Shown: piece after piece, positions 52,701 to 62,863 of the stretch
Layout of the letters: every line of letters starts with the position of its first letter
Numbering within the stretch: position 1 is the stretch's first letter
The notes under the pieces: model-generated
The model's input: the letters and a program-made list of their open reading frames with translations, nothing else
Databases searched by the model: none
Told to the model about the DNA's origin: nothing
Program-made: the position numbers and the translations under genes
Assembly (NCBI GenBank): GCA_002633005.1
Contig: NMRA01000024.1
Coordinates: 1,349,776 to 1,413,775 of the forward strand
Length of the DNA stretch: 64,000 nt
Source of the DNA: Phoronis australis
Lineage: Eukaryota > Animalia > Phoronida
Direction of reading: 5' to 3'

Positions 52701-55700
52701 TCTCAGCGTGCAGGTATATGTAAATGTAAATAAATTAATGTGACCTCACAACTAAATGTGCTTTACTTACAAGTTGTACTTTGGTGAGATCCTATTTATA
52801 AGAGCCATGGCAAAAGCCATATAAATATTTAGTCAACATCAAGCGGTTAACAACAATATTGAAACGCAATCATGAAAATGCAAGATAAGAGAATATATTC
52901 TAATCTGTAAGAATAATTCACAAACTTGTCAGAAATGTTTTACATTGGACACCAACATTCGCAAGGGAAAGAATTGTTCAAGAGATAATATCCAATTGCC
53001 ATCACGTTGTCAAATGGTCAACTTAGTTTACAGTTAAATAATGAATAAATTGATTATTAATTTAATGACCGAAGATGGCCATTTAAGATGAAATATGGAG
53101 CTTTGGTTCAGGATATTTCAAATAGTGCCATTGTCATGTAAAATACATCAAGAAAATAGAAATTATAAATTAACTTACGTGGATGTCATAGTTGTCAGTA
53201 TTCTTTGACATAGGTCTCCAAGGCAACTCAACAGGATTATCAACTGAAAATTTACAAATAAAGCTTTAATCAGCATGTTGCTCATGCAGCCATAGAAGAC
53301 ACTTACTAATCAAACTGAAACTTGCAAGAACATCAAAGTGATATTATTGTAAACATTTTCAATAGCATACACAACATACTCCTTTGGCAGGTCCTCTCAC
53401 CAGACAAAGAATACCGTCTTCTTACTGTTAATTTCCCCTCCCGAAAGATTATCTCAACAGGCTTTTTCAAGCAATTGTAATAAACAGTCAGTCCATTCCT
53501 CCCAGCATGCTTTGAAAAATGTTGGTCATTCCAGGCAATCCCTACTGGCTTGTGCTTTTTCATTACATATTCACTGCAGATAACCAATCCTTTAATTGTT
53601 GTAAAAGGCACCGGCCCAACAATGAACCTCTAGTCAATACACATTCTATCAAGAATTTTAAACAGTGCACTTACTGACATCCAGGAAGGTTCCAGGGAGG
53701 GCTAGTCCCACCTGGTGGTAAGAGAGTGGATCTTGTTCCACCAGGACATCGGCAAATTCTCCGTAGCCAAAACGATGGTGTTCAGAGTTCCAATACTTCA
53801 AAGCTTCATCGTCAGGTTCCACTAAAAAATCAAGAGATTAATATCCATAATGCTATTTAGCTGTCAATGTGGCCCACAGACCAATTGTGTCAACGTACCA
53901 AGACCCCCTTCCCAAATTTTCAAGGTATTTCAGCACATGTTGCCAAGCACTGCACTTTTGTTCATGTTCGCAAAGTGTTCATTGAAAACTTAAAAGGTTT
54001 TGGCCTATTACCAGATACTAAAAACGGCGTCTCCATCTATGAGTTATCTGAAACAAAATAATGCTCTGTAACCCTCTAACCACAAAAGCTTGGAGGAAAG
54101 TTTGAAAACTACTTTCAAAGTCTACCAAACAGGCAAACGTGACTTACACTTTAAGCAATCCACAGCAACTGTGGGAAATGACCACCTACCAAGACCACAA
54201 TGTCCAATTCATGAACTATAGGGTACAAGTTGATTCCTGCTTTTATCTTTGGAGATTGATGCCAATGCTGCATTAGCAGGTGACAGAATGAGGATTGGTT
54301 GAAATCGTCAAAACAGGGTTTAGTATCCAAGAAACCAACAACGGTTTTAAGACTTGACATGTTTCGGTGTCATTAATTCAACACCATCCTCAGAGGTGAT
54401 AATACAGTGGTCACCTAGCTAGGCCCAGCAACAAGTAATGAAGCACAGTACAGGGTTTAGTATCCTTTTAAAGTTGAAGGTCAATATTGGATGCCAGCTC
54501 CTATGGCATTTTGTATAAGGAACGATCCCTTTGTAAGAACACGACATTAGCTGTAAACACTCCTGGCCTTTAAATGAGATTCAGTTTGGAGAAATCTTTT
54601 GAATTTCTTTGTCACCTGGTGGGCCCAGCAGTTCTGATCAGGTTGCAATCTCACTTGGAGGGGTTAGTCATTAATGGAGTGACTCAGATTTACTGTGTCA
54701 CACAGCGAAGTTAACTGTTTCTTATCAGATATTATCTAAATAGAACACTTGAAAGCGTCCTTGCTGTGCTTTCTATTCTCTTTTTGGGAATGGAAACCAT
54801 AAAATCTGAACGGCAGGGTCAAATGAGATTAATGTGTCTGAGTTCCTGAATTTTCAAAATTGGTCAAGTAATAGCGATTTTGTCAACAAAAACCGACACC
54901 TTGAGCGACGCCATAGGAAGTACTTCACAGAGTGGCTTATCAGATAATTATGCTGCATCACTATCTCACTATAGCCTGAAAGAATTTGCTTGTGATGATG
55001 GAATCTGGTTTCTGGGGTATATTTGTGACAAGATAAGCTGTTCAAATTGAACAAATGTGAAAATATCATTCAAATATCAGTTCCAAATACGGAATTTTAC
55101 GAAAAAACACATCATCATGTTACTTTGCACACATAGTTTGAAGACTTTGTACATTCAGATCGACAGACACGTTCATTTAAAAATCATTATGGTAAAAATT
55201 TCAGATACTTCAGAAAAACTAAATCTTGTAGCAGACACAGCATAAAAACTTACGCTCTGGGGTTTTTATGGTAACTCTAGACTTATTAGTCATGGCCGAC
55301 GTAGCAGGCTCTGTGATGAATGTTGGCTGAAGTGAAACCTTGGGAGTTGTGGATTCCCGGCCTTGCGTGATCACTGTTAAATGACTACTAGCAGCACTCT
55401 CAGGTCGAGAGTCAGACTTCTCCGTCTTTTGCTCATCCTAAGATAAGAAAAAACAACATATTAAAGACATTTGTTTTTAAAATACCACTAGCAGTTAGGA
55501 TGACGGCAAAACAGTCCATGTGCCCAGAACTTAACAGAGTCACTTGGCTTACCTCCGAGTTTATCTCCAAAAGCTGATTTGTGACCCAAGGCAAGTGATA
55601 CATCCATCCCAGATTCCACAGCAACAGAACTCTCCTTTGTCTAGGAGGTAAGATAGTATGTTGTTTTTTGCCTTATTTTGGTATGTCAGGCACATTTTCA

Positions 55701-58700
55701 CAGGTCAATGTAGGAAACCATCAAGGTGAGTGGCTGAGGAAATATTCTTGATATCAACTGATTAAAAGTACAGGAATTGAAAAGATATCATCAAGAAAGG
55801 AGATTCTGTTCGGCTCAAAATTAGCCCGATGTTCATGTTTCATCCACTACCTCTGCATTTTCTGTTTTGATTGACAGCTTTTAAAAGTTTTTCAATCTTT
55901 CTCGTGTTGGAGTTGCAACATATAGCAGAGCAGTTACTGTATACTTTGTTGGAAATGGAAGGACAAGAGAGTAATGCAGTTGAGAAAAGCTTGACAAGAA
56001 TGCGACACCAAAGAAAATGTGGACTTCCCATGGCATGATAACGAGGCTAAATAGTGCTTGACATATACTGCACCACAGGGACTTAATACAGTGAGATTCA
56101 AGTGTCGCTCTGTAATCCGGAGCCTCCCTATTGGTCTGCTGTGTTGTTCTGGGAATACTGGCTAAATTTTACTTTCAACACAATAGACCAGAGTTGTTTT
56201 ACCACCTGTTTTTGGGTGGTCATTGAGGGAAGTTACCCATCTGATTATACAGTCAACTTCAATTCTCAAGAAGGATCACATCAGCTGCAGTGGGGTTGTT
56301 TGCTTTAAAGTATCCTCGGTTTAGAGCTATATCAACCGGTCGAGTTGCCTTAAACTGATCGCTTGGTGTCACTGCAGTGTTAGTCTAATGTGAATAACTT
56401 CAGACCAAAAACATCTATTTGGAATAAACCATGCTTACATGGTGTGGCAGTGTGAACCCACATTTGTATGTGACAAAAACACTAAAAGAAGTTTGGGCAA
56501 ATACAACTGAAACCACGGCCATATCGTTTACACCTGTTGGTTGGAAAAATGTGACACACTTAAGGAGACTTAGCAATTATTTAAAGGCGGGACCTGCAAT
56601 ACACTTATGTTCCCATTAGGGTACAAATATGTAACGCAGGGTGTATCGAATTCCGAAACGAAGAATACCAGAAAAGTGTTACATAACTTAGAAAATATAT
56701 CTGAAACTAAATAAGGCGATCCAGATCCTCCCAAGGATACTATTGTTTCACGAAATGTAGAATATAAATAGGTATATAAAACAACAAGAATGGAATTGTC
56801 ATATAGTGTTTGATTTTATTTTATTTCTGTTTCTGTTGACAAAGGAAGTTATTACATCCGAAAATTTCAGTTGATCCATTCTTGTTGTTTTATTTACCTA
56901 GTACTAGTATTTTGAAAAGTGTTGAAATGAAAAGTTCAATGTGTCAAAACTGATAATCTCTCTGATGTAGTATTTTCATGTTTCATTTTCCAATTCAGTC
57001 AACTATGATGTGAAACAACTTAGTGTTACGCAGAGCCCAAATCCACAGTCAGCAAATCAACCCCGAATCTCTTGCCAATTCTTCAAAATAAGCCACTTCC
57101 CACAGCACACCCCATCAAAATATATGGTAAAGTCTGGCCAAAAATCTCTTTCAGTATCAATGTCAAAGTGACAGTATCAGTATGGTAGCAATTTCCAAAT
57201 ATTTCTACCCTTTATAATTATGCCCTACAGTCTTATTAATAATCAAAAAACAATCTCATCTCAGCATGTTACATACCTTTTCAAATGGTGTTGGTGCGGC
57301 AGACGTCATTGGACTGGTGACTTTTGTACCTTCACTTGATGAAGACTTCTCATCATCACTCTCATACTCTGTGGCACTGCTAGCAGGGTACAGGCTTGTC
57401 TCAGTCTTCTCCTGGCGAACAGCCTCAGGGGGCTTCAACTGAAACCCAATAAGCAATGGTATTCAAAACACATTATTTTAATCTTTTTTCTTGTATAGTC
57501 ATTCTTCAACTTTTCCAAAACTGATAGCCAAAAATCACGCTTTTTATTTTTCAAAAGATTGACCAAGAAATTATGTAGGACAGCTGACGATGCTATTTAT
57601 CATAAAAACAACGCGTGTGGCCTGAACACTTTTACCTTACCACAATTTTACCTTACCTTCGCAGACTTTTTGCCAGCTGCAGCTTTGCTTTGTTGCTCGC
57701 TTAAATCCGTTTCCGTCCGTTCAAGACGTTTCGAGCTTTTTCTCTTTACGTGCCTTTTGATTCCTTCGTCAACTGATTCGTAATGCACATGTTTTAACAT
57801 TGGCAACTGGGGAATATCATTCTCACTGAGAGAGGAAGGCTCGTTGACTTGGGAGGTTGTATTGTAGTCTGCCACATAACCAGAGTCATTCTTAGTGACA
57901 GCAGGTGGTGTCGCTCTCTCCACTGTTACTGGTTTAAAAGGAGAGACGCTATCCACAATTTTTTTGCGAGACGCAGATTTTCTGGGTGTGCGCTGAAAAT
58001 ATGATTAATGAATAGTCAGTCATTTCGTAGTTGCCTGCTAACTGGAAAACATCCCAAAACAACAAGTTATAGCCACAATCACAACAAATGAAACACCTTG
58101 AACTTTTCATACACTTTTCAGCCTTTTAAAAATAAAATTCATCAATGACAGATAGAGCAAAGATGTCCAATTTTCTTTTTAGTACATTTTTGTGAATTTG
58201 TCAAAACCATATTTCTTTTTCCTGACACAGTGAGTTATAAATTGAAAAATCATTACCGTAATGCTTCAGAATTATTCACTGATATTAAAGCTGTCATAAG
58301 AGAGCTCGCCTTCAAAGAAACTACCTTCTGGTCTATCTCACTTCCAACCACTAAACCGGCCACAACATGTTTCTTACTCAGATGAGAAATATTCAGTGCT
58401 TGAAAAGAACGGAGATTTCATTATTGTTTGAGACCTTGCTAGGCGCACAGATAATGACCCAGATAGTAAAATCAACAACAGACTGTCCAAAAATCCTGTT
58501 TAACCCAAGTAAGGAACAACTTGAGACAAGTTTTATACACTGGTAAGCAATATAAATCAAATGCAAATTTTTCAAGGAATGGCAACAGCAACCTCTTAAA
58601 TTTTAAGCCGGTCATTTCATACCCTGGGAGATTTCTTCATAACCAGTCTTTCCATGCGATCTTCTAACCAGTTCACACGCCTACGGATCTCGTTAATATT

Positions 58701-60608
58701 ATTCGCACCCACACGGATAGCCTTCTCCAAATCACTTCTCGCATACATCAGTTCCGTGTTCAACTTACTGGCAATCTAGAACAAACAAAGTGTAACCAAA
58801 CAGTTCACCAATTTATGAGGTCTGAAACCCACAAAATCGGATGAAACTAGACCATGCAGGGGTGACCAAATTGACCAGGGCATTGCAGGGAAGAGGCACT
58901 GTCATGGCAGTTTCTCTAACAAGGGAACAATCAGTCAATTTAATTGATCTTAGCATACTAGCAAAGGGTAAAGTGTGACCAGGAAATTCAGACCAACTAA
59001 GAGACAAGTATTAGCATTGTAGTGATGTTTTGTTTTACAAGAGACTCATTCCTGCAGGAGTTGCATCAACCAGTAAATAAAATATTGTTTTAAAGCCATG
59101 TTACAAATTCTGGGTCTTTTCTAAATTTTTAGGTGAAGTTGTCCAACAGGCCCGCTGTTACACAAAACAACTCCGTACACACACTCGATATACATTATAC
59201 AATAATTATTGTCCTTTTGTTGCAGGTGTATGTTCAAAGCTTAGACACATTTGCTTCAACAAATCTGCAATAAACAAGGTTTCTCTTCACGCCGTTAACA
59301 AGACATAATTGACTTGAGCAGGAGAAGTAAATACGTTGAATGACATTTCAATTCAAAGGAGAGGCTCTACAAGTACCAGAACATACTAAATAAAACATAA
59401 TTATGAAATGTCGTAATTCATCCATACACAATCAGCTTACCTGTAGTATAAGGACCATCTGTTCTGCTTGTTGCTTCAACTCTCTAGCCCTCACAACATG
59501 AAATTCCACAAGTTCGCCCTTTGACTGTTCTAGTTCTTCTAACGCCACCTTCAGGGCATCTTGAATGTCACGGACATTTAGCATCTGCAAGACAATCAGA
59601 TGTATATGCATTATTCGGCAGAACTGTTTGTGAGAGCCATTGTACGTCTTGTTGAATGAGTAAAAAAGAGATGAACCACAAGTTCTGTAAACAATGGACA
59701 AATTTCAAACTTAAGCAATTCAATTTTTTTAATTTGCACAAAAAAGTAAAACTGCATGCACAAAATATTAAAACATTCAGTTTTGGTATTAATCATATCT
59801 ATAATGGCCAGGGTGTTTCATTAAAAATGCCCAAAAGCTCCAGAGGTTCAAGCACAAATTAGTCATGACTGGTTGTTTGTCTGGAACAAATGATTCCGGT
59901 TATTCTCCCAGTGAGTTGCACCTGTAAGAGCACCTGCTGAAGGTAGACTATCCCCTACATGCCAGTCTCAGGTAAGCACCTGCACCCATTTTGGGACCAG
60001 ACACTATGCTATTATGTAGACTAGCATTAACAAACATTAGCTAATGTTCCATCAAAAACTTAAAATGGGTCTCTCTGGAAATGGGGGATGGACATGAGCA
60101 GTGTTTGTGACTTTTAAAAATTCTGGTGGATGTTTGAGTAGTAGCACATCTTAATGCTGTACATCGGGCAATTTTCTGAAAATCACATTTAACCTCGGCT
60201 AAACTACAAAGTCAGGTTGCTATGTATACTTTTGAGTGTAGATGTTCAAAATTGATACTCTCGCAATCAATAATTTTCTCCGAATAGGAATTCCTTCCAT
60301 CAACGAAATTGAAGACTGAATTACATTTAGTCAATATGCTTTAGGTAAATCAGAAATGTACAGAGGGTTTCAGGGAGATCACCCATCTACCAGCCACGCT
60401 AAGAGGTAGCAGCACAGACAGGGACCAATCTCACGGACGTTCAACCTGTATGTGCCCTAACCCAGACATATATGGTATACTGGATAACGGTACAAACCTG
60501 TTCTTCCATGATAAGATCTGACCGATGTTGAACAGTCATTGGCTGTTGAATTGGCCCCCCACTAACAATAGAAAGGGGGCGCTCTGTAATTCCTGGCACG
60601 CCGGGCAT
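16671..60608 (-). CDS. HEATR9: HEATR9-like HEAT-repeat protein with long N-terminal extension; spliced model of ~25 coding exons, 3051 nt, ~1016 aa
   Basis: All listed exons have AG/GT boundaries and join in compatible phases. C-terminal peptides (FKWERVK, LVSPRDEERRDAAKHLGLL, AFDAAICLGKL, ALEVLVRQLNH..VIAAVMDQL, RAHAVISLGTLGVKS) align colinearly with my recollection of vertebrate HEATR9 (LKWQRLR, LESPREDEQFYAAQALGCL, SLEAALCLGFL, ALRMLVKVMH..VIKAILDQL, RQEAVISLGVLGIRS). Confidence 0.75.
17780..18075. repeat. Diverged two-copy tandem duplication with GAT/GAC microsatellite-like tracts
   Basis: Two blocks sharing gatgatgacgaatatga..ggtggcga and aaatca.taagaaa.aggctacagt. Confidence 0.6.
18090..18900. 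mobile_element. Unclassified dispersed repeat (DNA-transposon/Helentron-like)
   Basis: Repeated tcaaataactcgaaaa and ccgccatctt motifs, aaatttcgtgatgatcgg motif, (acaa)n tail; no ORF. Confidence 0.35.
19725..20832. repeat. Tandem array (~40 bp subunit, ~80 bp higher-order unit) derived from an exon-end/5' splice-site junction
   Basis: gactcacctagccagcatacc.tctcctctctcc recurs with junctions at 20575, 20655, 20733 and 20811 (true exon end); degenerate copies extend to ~19725. Confidence 0.85.
20811..20989 (-). CDS. HEATR9: HEATR9-like exon
   Basis: GTLGVKSDKIIRLLIEMLELDSSEYVRLMVIRTFGSLGLQDKRIIRALREKERGEGMLA; atttcag / gtgagt; phase 0 to 2. Confidence 0.9.
24388..24600 (+). mobile_element. 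Decayed SINE-like element
   Basis: ggccgtgtgggctagtgg A-box-like head and aaaatggtacc core-like motif. Confidence 0.3.
24751..24802 (-). CDS. HEATR9: HEATR9-like exon
   Basis: RLDDQNEDSRAHAVISL; ttcttgtag / gtaagt; phase 2 to 0. Confidence 0.88.
25610..26430. mobile_element. Dispersed repeat family copy with an internal ~296 bp tandem duplication
   Basis: 25705-26000 is nearly identical to 26001-26297. Related sequence at ~24250-24372 and ~37835-37962, and inverted at ~47430-48112 (cttattgacaagtttg). Confidence 0.65.
26908..26981 (-). CDS. HEATR9: HEATR9-like exon
   Basis: EVRIEVAQTIHSLNLFHKACEQVV; attttcag / gtgagt; phase 0 to 2. Confidence 0.88.
27500..31280. mobile_element. 3.8 kb non-autonomous Tc1/pogo-like element in an intron
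   Basis: TIR C(T/G)GTAAAGTCGCGTGATTTTCGGA (23/24) at both ends; TA on the right flank; subterminal aaattcggaca repeats. Confidence 0.75.
28821..29085. mobile_element. Nested Tc1/pogo-like MITE
   Basis: Perfect 17-bp inverted repeat GATTTCCGTATATAAGT / ACTTATATACGGAAATC; TA|CC left end. Confidence 0.6.
31336..31582. repeat. Degenerate minisatellite (~55-60 bp unit)
   Basis: aca(g/a)gttgcatcaaaa(g)tact recurs at ~31337, ~31390, ~31509 and ~31560. Confidence 0.6.
31741..31823 (-). CDS. HEATR9: HEATR9-like exon
   Basis: GPRFVCTEKNAEKVFDLLVKRLWDDPNK; ttctccag / gtaagt; phase 1 to 0. Confidence 0.9.
33162..34178. repeat. ~510 bp near-identical direct duplication separated by a single N (probable haplotype/assembly artefact)
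   Basis: 33162-33672 vs 33674-34178 differ by a few SNPs and one small indel; N at 33673. Confidence 0.85.
35624..35753 (-). CDS. HEATR9: HEATR9-like exon
   Basis: ALEVLVRQLNHRDEMVIAAVMDQLAKSPVWKYRIAASKLLSHI; atttcag / gtgagt; phase 0 to 1. Confidence 0.9.
37238..37423 (-). CDS. HEATR9: HEATR9-like exon
   Basis: SSKSFPELVTILSHFCRNPDPADAVAFDAAICLGKLCVADESAKDKMRRVLAETTDTHVMHQ; tttccag / gtatac; phase 0 to 0. Confidence 0.9.
39486..39607 (-). CDS. HEATR9: HEATR9-like exon
   Basis: GCWDEEVLASIVDYLTLGNSEIRVDLIKGLCQARNVQFVNK; tttctcag / gtatga; phase 1 to 0. Confidence 0.9.
40679..40899. repeat. Tandem array (~40 bp x 6) derived from an exon-end/5' splice-site junction
   Basis: atcatatactgaccaatcagagcaagagaaatctac units; junction copies at 40726, 40766, 40807, 40847 and the true exon end at 40884. 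Confidence 0.85.
40884..41001 (-). CDS. HEATR9: HEATR9-like exon
   Basis: HLGLLKCGDAVVIYSLKDRLDKDEDEQVRYNATKSLALI; ccatttcag / gtcagt; phase 0 to 1. Confidence 0.9.
41289..41348 (-). CDS. HEATR9: HEATR9-like exon
   Basis: NIVHCNLVSPRDEERRDAAK; ttttttccag / gtaggg; phase 0 to 0. Confidence 0.88.
41906..41985 (-). CDS. HEATR9: HEATR9-like exon
   Basis: ADPVKWRKMKSHSGALEHSGFKWERVK; cttttacag / gtaagt; phase 1 to 0. Confidence 0.88.
44233..44370. mobile_element. Small MITE-like inverted repeat
   Basis: aagtgagcctcttttaggttaaaaaacaatgca ... tgcattgtttttaaaacctaaaaagaggctcactt (~33 bp arms). Confidence 0.65.
44718..44762 (-). CDS. HEATR9: HEATR9-like exon
   Basis: DEENTLNDEEDSKPK; cctgcacag / gtagcg; phase 1 to 1 (skippable in frame). 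Confidence 0.65.
45375..45448 (-). CDS. HEATR9: HEATR9-like exon
   Basis: REQSAKMKRLATMAKTVGALKGIM; ggttttag / gtaggt; phase 2 to 1. Confidence 0.82.
46138..46304 (-). CDS. HEATR9: HEATR9-like exon
   Basis: QRDQEYPRLSSSFATADHERGPAERIVDQRNLYEETKFRLYRGRAKAKTPNRTDL; ttttttcag / gtaagt; phase 0 to 2. Confidence 0.85.
47153..47314 (-). CDS. HEATR9: HEATR9-like exon
   Basis: PGMKQVTGVSRPPTSDTIALPPLNQERLGTTESGRMIYYPKPIPPPKHLPVSRL; gttgtag / gtgagt; phase 0 to 0. Confidence 0.85.
47499..47656. mobile_element. Harbinger-like MITE inserted in an older repeat copy (47430-48112)
   Basis: cag|ggcccagttgcataaaagtta ... taactttt...atgcaactcagtt|ctg; CWG-type flanks; interrupts a repeat that is continuous at ~26330-26420. 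Confidence 0.45.
48563..48597 (-). CDS. HEATR9: HEATR9-like small exon
   Basis: LMSREKSPPAK; tttcttccag / gtaagt; phase 1 to 0. Confidence 0.8.
49184..49659. mobile_element. Inverted duplication of a Penelope-like 3' end (arms ~225 bp, 24-nt spacer)
   Basis: Arms 49184-49408 and 49433-49659 are near-perfect reverse complements. They encode ENPCLNRQGGLRFLLPRTWDRAL (Penelope LNRD.G...L...W end) followed by a hammerhead-like motif. Confidence 0.85.
49738..50419. mobile_element. Fold-back Kolobok-like MITE, imperfectly palindromic along its length
   Basis: TTAT|GGTCACTGT..CGTTAC ... GTAACG..ACAGTGACC|TTAA; internal inverted pairs acaaaacagtatctgagattt / aaatcacagacactgttttgt and tcaaaaatcaagacttc / gaagtcttgatttttga. 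Confidence 0.75.
50764..50855 (-). CDS. Candidate alternative exon or alternative start exon (MQYEEPE) of the HEATR9-like gene
   Basis: RSVYLAGHNENFTEYCVATSIQSMQYEEPE; tctatttttcaag / gtaaac; phase 2 to 1. Confidence 0.5.
51407..51459 (-). CDS. Candidate alternative dual-frame exon
   Basis: Acceptor ttctttgctttattag, donor gtaaaa; phase-0 entry is open (QSRRLDCWNNISLPGVS), phase-1 entry stops (VKEARLLE*). Confidence 0.35.
51545..51671 (-). CDS. N-terminal-extension exon
   Basis: KMALDNLSARIHKMYQRVYDAAMLSVDPNHLISNNNQGTSKL; aatttcag / gtaaga (alternative same-phase exon end at 51575); phase 0 to 1. Confidence 0.7.
53179..53243 (-). CDS. N-terminal-extension exon
   Basis: DNPVELPWRPMSKNTDNYDIH; ttttcag / gtaagt; phase 1 to 0. 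Confidence 0.8.
53675..53821 (-). CDS. N-terminal-extension exon
   Basis: EPDDEALKYWNSEHHRFGYGEFADVLVEQDPLSYHQVGLALPGTFLDV; ttttttag / gtaagt; phase 1 to 1. Confidence 0.85.
55254..55437 (-). CDS. N-terminal-extension exon (S/T/P-rich)
   Basis: DEQKTEKSDSRPESAASSHL...SRVTIKTPE; ttatcttag / gtaagt; phase 0 to 1. Confidence 0.85.
57277..57438 (-). CDS. N-terminal-extension exon (S/T/E-rich)
   Basis: LKPPEAVRQEK...SAAPTPFEK; ggtttcag / gtatgt; phase 0 to 0. Confidence 0.85.
57657..57992 (-). CDS. N-terminal-extension exon
   Basis: RTPRKSASRKKIVDSVSPFK...AAGKKSAK (112 codons); attttcag / gtaagg; phase 0 to 0. Confidence 0.85.
58623..58775 (-). CDS. N-terminal-extension exon (coiled coil)
   Basis: IASKLNTELMYARSDLEKAIRVGANNINEIRRRVNWLEDRMERLVMKKSPR; ttgttctag / gtatga; phase 0 to 0. 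Confidence 0.85.
59441..59584 (-). CDS. N-terminal-extension exon (coiled coil)
   Basis: MLNVRDIQDALKVALEELEQSKGELVEFHVVRARELKQQAEQMVLILQ; tcttgcag / gtaagc; phase 0 to 0. Confidence 0.85.
60498..60608 (-). CDS. Probable first coding exon (exon begins at 60615)
   Basis: acaATG context; MPGVPGITERPLSIVSGGPIQQPMTVQHRSDLIMEEQ; ttttttgttctag / gtttgt. Confidence 0.75.
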
Positions 60609-61551
60609 TGTAATGCTAGAACAAAAAAGTCCAAGTGTTATCTCCATAAAACAGCTTCATACTAATATGATACATTTCCCTACCATGAGTTTTGAAAAAG
60701 TCTTGAGTATGATATTGTACACATCAATAATTAAGAAATAAGTATAAATCATATTAGAGTTAAAGTTTAATTTATTAATCTTATATTAATTTTTCATTAT
60801 AGGTGTGTATAATGCAACTAGGCTGACACGAATCAGCTTGCAGTTTGAACCAGCAATGGAAACCAACTATTGTAAACCATAAAAAGCTAAAGTAGAGGTT
60901 TTTAACAGTTTAAAGCAACATTCATTCAAAAGGCTGGAAAAATTCACTACTCCAGGACAGATTCTTTGTCAGGGTCCAACTTGGCGAGTGTTCCGTAGTT
61001 GTATGGCTTCTTGTTCAGTGTTTTGTGTTTTTGAATAAACCTGCCAGATGGCGCTCAACATCAAACAGCGAGAACTAGCTCGCATTTTGCAAGCTGAAAC
61101 TGGCATTGGCAACCTGAGGCTTATTGGCCAAATGTTGATTCAGTTTTCCTGTGCTCAACTCGACCAATGCGACCTCAGCTTTTGACATTGACGTTCTCAC
61201 GTTTGCGAATCGAGCTGATGAAACTAACAATCACATACAGAACAGTAACAAAAAACAAGTGAAAAGCACACAACGCCTGTCAACTAATTCTCGCCCACTG
61301 CCAATGTTGTTTAATCCACAGATGCTTGAAAAATAAGATTTCCGAACACCTCGGGGGAGGGATTGACTCTCTAGAGGTTGTGAACTTTGGAAAAGTGAGG
61401 ATTGAGCTTCAGCGATTTCCTCTTCTGCCTTTCATGACAACAGCAACAAAAACCTTAGCGCAGGCTTTGTGCAGATTTTTTCAAACAAAAGATAATACTA
61501 GTGTGTAATCTAAGGTTTCTCGGAAAAAAAAATGCCAACGACACACCCTAC

Positions 61552-61601
61552 CTTGCTACAAGCTGGGCCAGCAACTGCCTGTTTTGCACCTTTCTTATCA
61601 C
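61552..61601 (-). other. Candidate 5' UTR exon
   Basis: ttttatctttaaag acceptor, gtaggg donor; further upstream candidate exons (ends at 62561 and ~62741) contain in-frame stops. Confidence 0.4.
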
Positions 61602-62851
61602 CTTTAAAGATAAAAATGTCTTTTTAACGGGAACTGCGATTGTACAATGGAAAATGAAAACATTTTAATACACAGTGTCAAGTTAGTTACTGCAATTTGT
61701 AGTACCAGGATAATTTTTTGTAACTTTTATCAGTTCGCTTCAGTGACAAGATGGCTAGTGAACATCTGTTACAGGACCTATATCTGCAATTCCGTATGTG
61801 AATTGTGTTTACTCTGTAAGCACTTTGGGTAGCATGTTTACTTAATATGACGATAAATGCTTAATAGCGAGAAACATGTTTGTACAAGAAGGATCATACA
61901 CTGGACGTGCTATGCCTGAACATCCCCGAAAATCTAGCTGTGTCGATCACAGATAAGTTGTGATAGCTTCTTACAATAAGATGGTGGTGAACAGCTCATA
62001 TGATTAAAACAGGGCCGAGTTACATAGACAAGGTGCTGTGTCTGATGCAACTGTGATGATTCTGAAAAAAGCACAACCTGGCCGATTACAAAAAGGTGTT
62101 GAATACAACGGAATGGTGAACATGATGCTTACTTTATAATATAACACAATTATAATTAGTTATTAATTAAACAAAAAGCATTTAAAATCACCATTTTATC
62201 ATTGTACTAGCAACAGCCGTGTTTCTTTGCGCCACGTACTTGTCAGATCTCTGTGGAACCAAAACTTTGTAACTTCAATTCTGAAATGGGGATCTACACC
62301 CCAAATAATATTTGGGCATTTTTGAGGTCACTTTAAAACAATAGAATTTGAGAACGTACCACTAATAGGTAATCAGATACGTGTACAACTGTTAGCAAAG
62401 GGGTTCTGTTGTTAGCATAAGTTGATCCGAGCCTCCACAGAAACAAGGCACTAAGTCCGACATTAAATGGACCCTGAATTAGATAACCAGAAGAAGAAAG
62501 TGGTTCTCTAAATCAAGGTCTATTATATAGGACTTAGTGCCCAGAAACAGTAGGGTTTACCGTACTCTCGAGTCTTGTTTCACGTCTTCAGTTCACTGTT
62601 GCTAAGCGGTTTGAGAAATGTCGTGTTTGTGACAATTTTGGCATCAATACCTAGACGTTTAGTCAGTCACGTCGGTATCTGCGTCGAGTGCTTGCTCAAG
62701 AGCCTGTTCCTGATTTCACTGATAATTAATACAAATTTACCTTGACAATGAAGGTTACTTTTCGTCTGGTGAAGGCGATGGCATTTCAGAAAAGGGCACT
62801 TGTTTACAAATGGCGGAAAGAGACGATCCACAGAGGGCGCACACTCTCTCT

Positions 62852-62863
62852 GTTGCTAGCGAC
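62852..62863. promoter_or_regulatory. RFX X-box-like motif at the putative promoter of the HEATR9-like gene
   Basis: GTTGCTAGCGAC quasi-palindrome ~110 bp upstream of a candidate first-exon donor (caag|gtaaat, ~62741). Confidence 0.45.
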
